A stretch of 59,207 bases of DNA. It comes from Candidatus Eiseniibacteriota bacterium (GTDB taxonomy: Bacteria; Eisenbacteria; RBG-16-71-46). Below, piece after piece: positions 57,780-59,207 of the stretch. Below the pieces are notes generated by a model that worked only from the letters and a program-made list of their open reading frames with translations, was not told the origin of the DNA and made no database searches. Within the stretch, counting starts at the first letter, position 1; every line of letters starts with the position of its first letter. The position numbers and the translations under genes were made by a program. Location: NCBI GenBank assembly GCA_025357055.1, contig JANXPZ010000130.1, positions 1 to 59,207 of the forward strand, read 5' to 3'.

Positions 57780-59207
57780 ATGAGTCGCGTTGTTAGAACG
57801 CTGTTCGCCGTCACGCTCCTGGCGTTCGTTGCCTCCACTGCCTCCGCTGTAGACACGTATCCGCCGGGGCCGTCCTATCGCTCCTGTCCGGACAGCGTGA
57901 CCATGTTCCAGGTCCAGCAGGCCGACACCACCCTGAATCCGTGCTACCCCGCCATCGCTGACACGGTTCGCGGCATCAAGGGGATCGTCACCGGCTTCCG
58001 GCTCCGTTCCACGGGCCGCATCTACATGCAGAACTCGAACGGGTCCGACTACAACGCGCTCCAGATCTACACCGTCGGGCACACGGAGAGCCAGGGCATC
58101 GCCATCGGCGACAGCATCTCGGTCGCCGGCCTCTCGCAGGCGTACCAGGGCGAGAGCCAGGTCCAGGGCACGCTCGGCACTTCGCTGACCGTCCGCAAGA
58201 TCAGCAGCGGCAATGCGCTCCCGCCCTTCCACGTCGGCACCACGTCCGAATTCAAGTGGGCCCCCGCTGCGGGCGCTGGAAGCGCATTCGCCCATTGCAA
58301 TCCGTTGGAAGGGGCACTGGTCAGGATCAATGGCCCGCTCAAGGTCGCCCGCGTTCAGGCCGGCGCCGGCCTGTACAGCCCCACCAACTGGCTGCTCGTC
58401 AATTCCGGCGGCTCCGCCCCTGGCGACAGCATCGTCGTCGATGGCTACCAGCTCCCGATCCTCAACATCAACGCGCCGCCACTCGGTGCGCAGGTCGACT
58501 GGGTCCAGGGCATCCTGCGCCGGGCCACCAACAGCGGCGTCGACTGCTGGCTGGTCTCCCTGCGTGACGTGAACGACCAGCAGGTCGCCTCTCCTCCCGG
58601 CCTGTCGGAGGCCTACCCCATCGCTGAGAACCAGATCCGGCTCCACTTCGACAAGAACGTGGACGTTGCGACCGCGCAGAACGCCGCGAACTACACGCTG
58701 GGCTCCGCCATCGGCGGCTCCTCCGTGGATCTCGCCACGGTCGTCGGCGGTGCCGGCAACGTCGTGGATCTGACCATCACGGAGACCCTGCCGCGGCTCT
58801 CGCTCGAATCGATCCAGGCCGAACAGATCGGCGCGGCGACCTGCCCGACCTGCCTCTCGTCGCAGCAGTCGTCGAGCTTCATCCTCGGCGTGCTCTCGGT
58901 CGCCGAGGTCCAGGCACCGCTGGCGGATTCGCTGGGTGGCGTGCCTTGCCTCGACAAGTCACGGTTCGCGCAGGGCGGCTCCTCCTGGGGCTCGCGGCTG
59001 ACGGTGCGCGGTGTCTTCGTCAAGCAGTACGGCACCCTCTACTTCATGGAGGATGCGGCGGGTGGTCAGCGCAGTGGCGTCGCCGCCTACAACGTGCCCT
59101 TCGGGATGACGGCCGGTCACCAGTACCTGCTGGCCTGCCGCGTCCAGGAGTTCTACGGCATGACCGAGTTGTCCAACCCCGCGGCCCTCATCGACGAGGG
59201 TGTGGTC
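57780..59207 (+). CDS. 3'-truncated secreted protein with repeated OB-fold-like modules (absent from the ORF track because it runs off the window)
   Basis: GAGAGG RBS; signal peptide MSRVVRTLFAVTLLAFVASTASA; modules GIVTG..IYMQ..GDSISVAG..YQGESQV and RGV..YFMED..SGV..VQEFYGMTEL resemble YhcR/ExeM-type OB folds. Confidence 0.8.
   Translation, partial: MSRVVRTLFAVTLLAFVASTASAVDTYPPGPSYRSCPDSVTMFQVQQADTTLNPCYPAIADTVRGIKGIVTGFRLRSTGRIYMQNSNGSDYNALQIYTVGHTESQGIAIGDSISVAGLSQAYQGESQVQGTLGTSLTVRKISSGNALPPFHVGTTSEFKWAPAAGAGSAFAHCNPLEGALVRINGPLKVARVQAGAGLYSPTNWLLVNSGGSAPGDSIVVDGYQLPILNINAPPLGAQVDWVQGILRRATNSGVDCWLVSLRDVNDQQVASPPGLSEAYPIAENQIRLHFDKNVDVATAQNAANYTLGSAIGGSSVDLATVVGGAGNVVDLTITETLPRLSLESIQAEQIGAATCPTCLSSQQSSSFILGVLSVAEVQAPLADSLGGVPCLDKSRFAQGGSSWGSRLTVRGVFVKQYGTLYFMEDAAGGQRSGVAAYNVPFGMTAGHQYLLACRVQEFYGMTELSNPAALIDEGVV

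Noticed and set aside
55976-59207. Apparent drop in GC content as a horizontally acquired island
   Set aside because: Visual impression only, not computed; there are no mobility genes or boundary repeats, and secreted beta-rich proteins can shift composition.

Overview
Very GC-rich bacterial chromosomal segment with no rRNA, tRNA, CRISPR array, integrase or transposase. Several secreted proteins carry FlgD/T9SS-type-A-like C-terminal domains, one ends in a TWGxxKxxYR motif, and there is a PorV-family gene. Together these suggest an FCB-superphylum candidate lineage such as Ca. Eisenbacteria (inference only). Contents in order: (1) the 3' part of a large secreted protein; (2) a nucleoside ABC/BMP transporter plus tdk cluster, broken up by a group 3b [NiFe]-hydrogenase operon, a split MprF-like pair, a secreted protein and an MBL hydrolase; (3) a complete kdpFABC-DE locus with an extra small membrane peptide; (4) a glycogen debranching enzyme; (5) a hydrogenase-4-like Ehr complex lacking NiFe ligands, with an embedded HTH-PTS EIIA gene; (6) udk, an inactive M16-like protein, rpiB, add and a DUF4337-like gene; (7) iorAB with an ADP-forming acyl-CoA synthetase; (8) a SusD-less TonB-receptor/PorV/lipoprotein/CTD-cargo locus flanked by a secreted DNase I-like enzyme and an OB-fold secreted protein. 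Most notable: three 29-31 bp near-perfect hairpins sharing a conserved apex but with divergent arms; the TBDR-PorV locus as a candidate extracellular nucleic-acid utilisation system; and five genes whose start codon lies exactly 9 nt after a -10 box. All product calls are by motif recognition only; no database searches were run.
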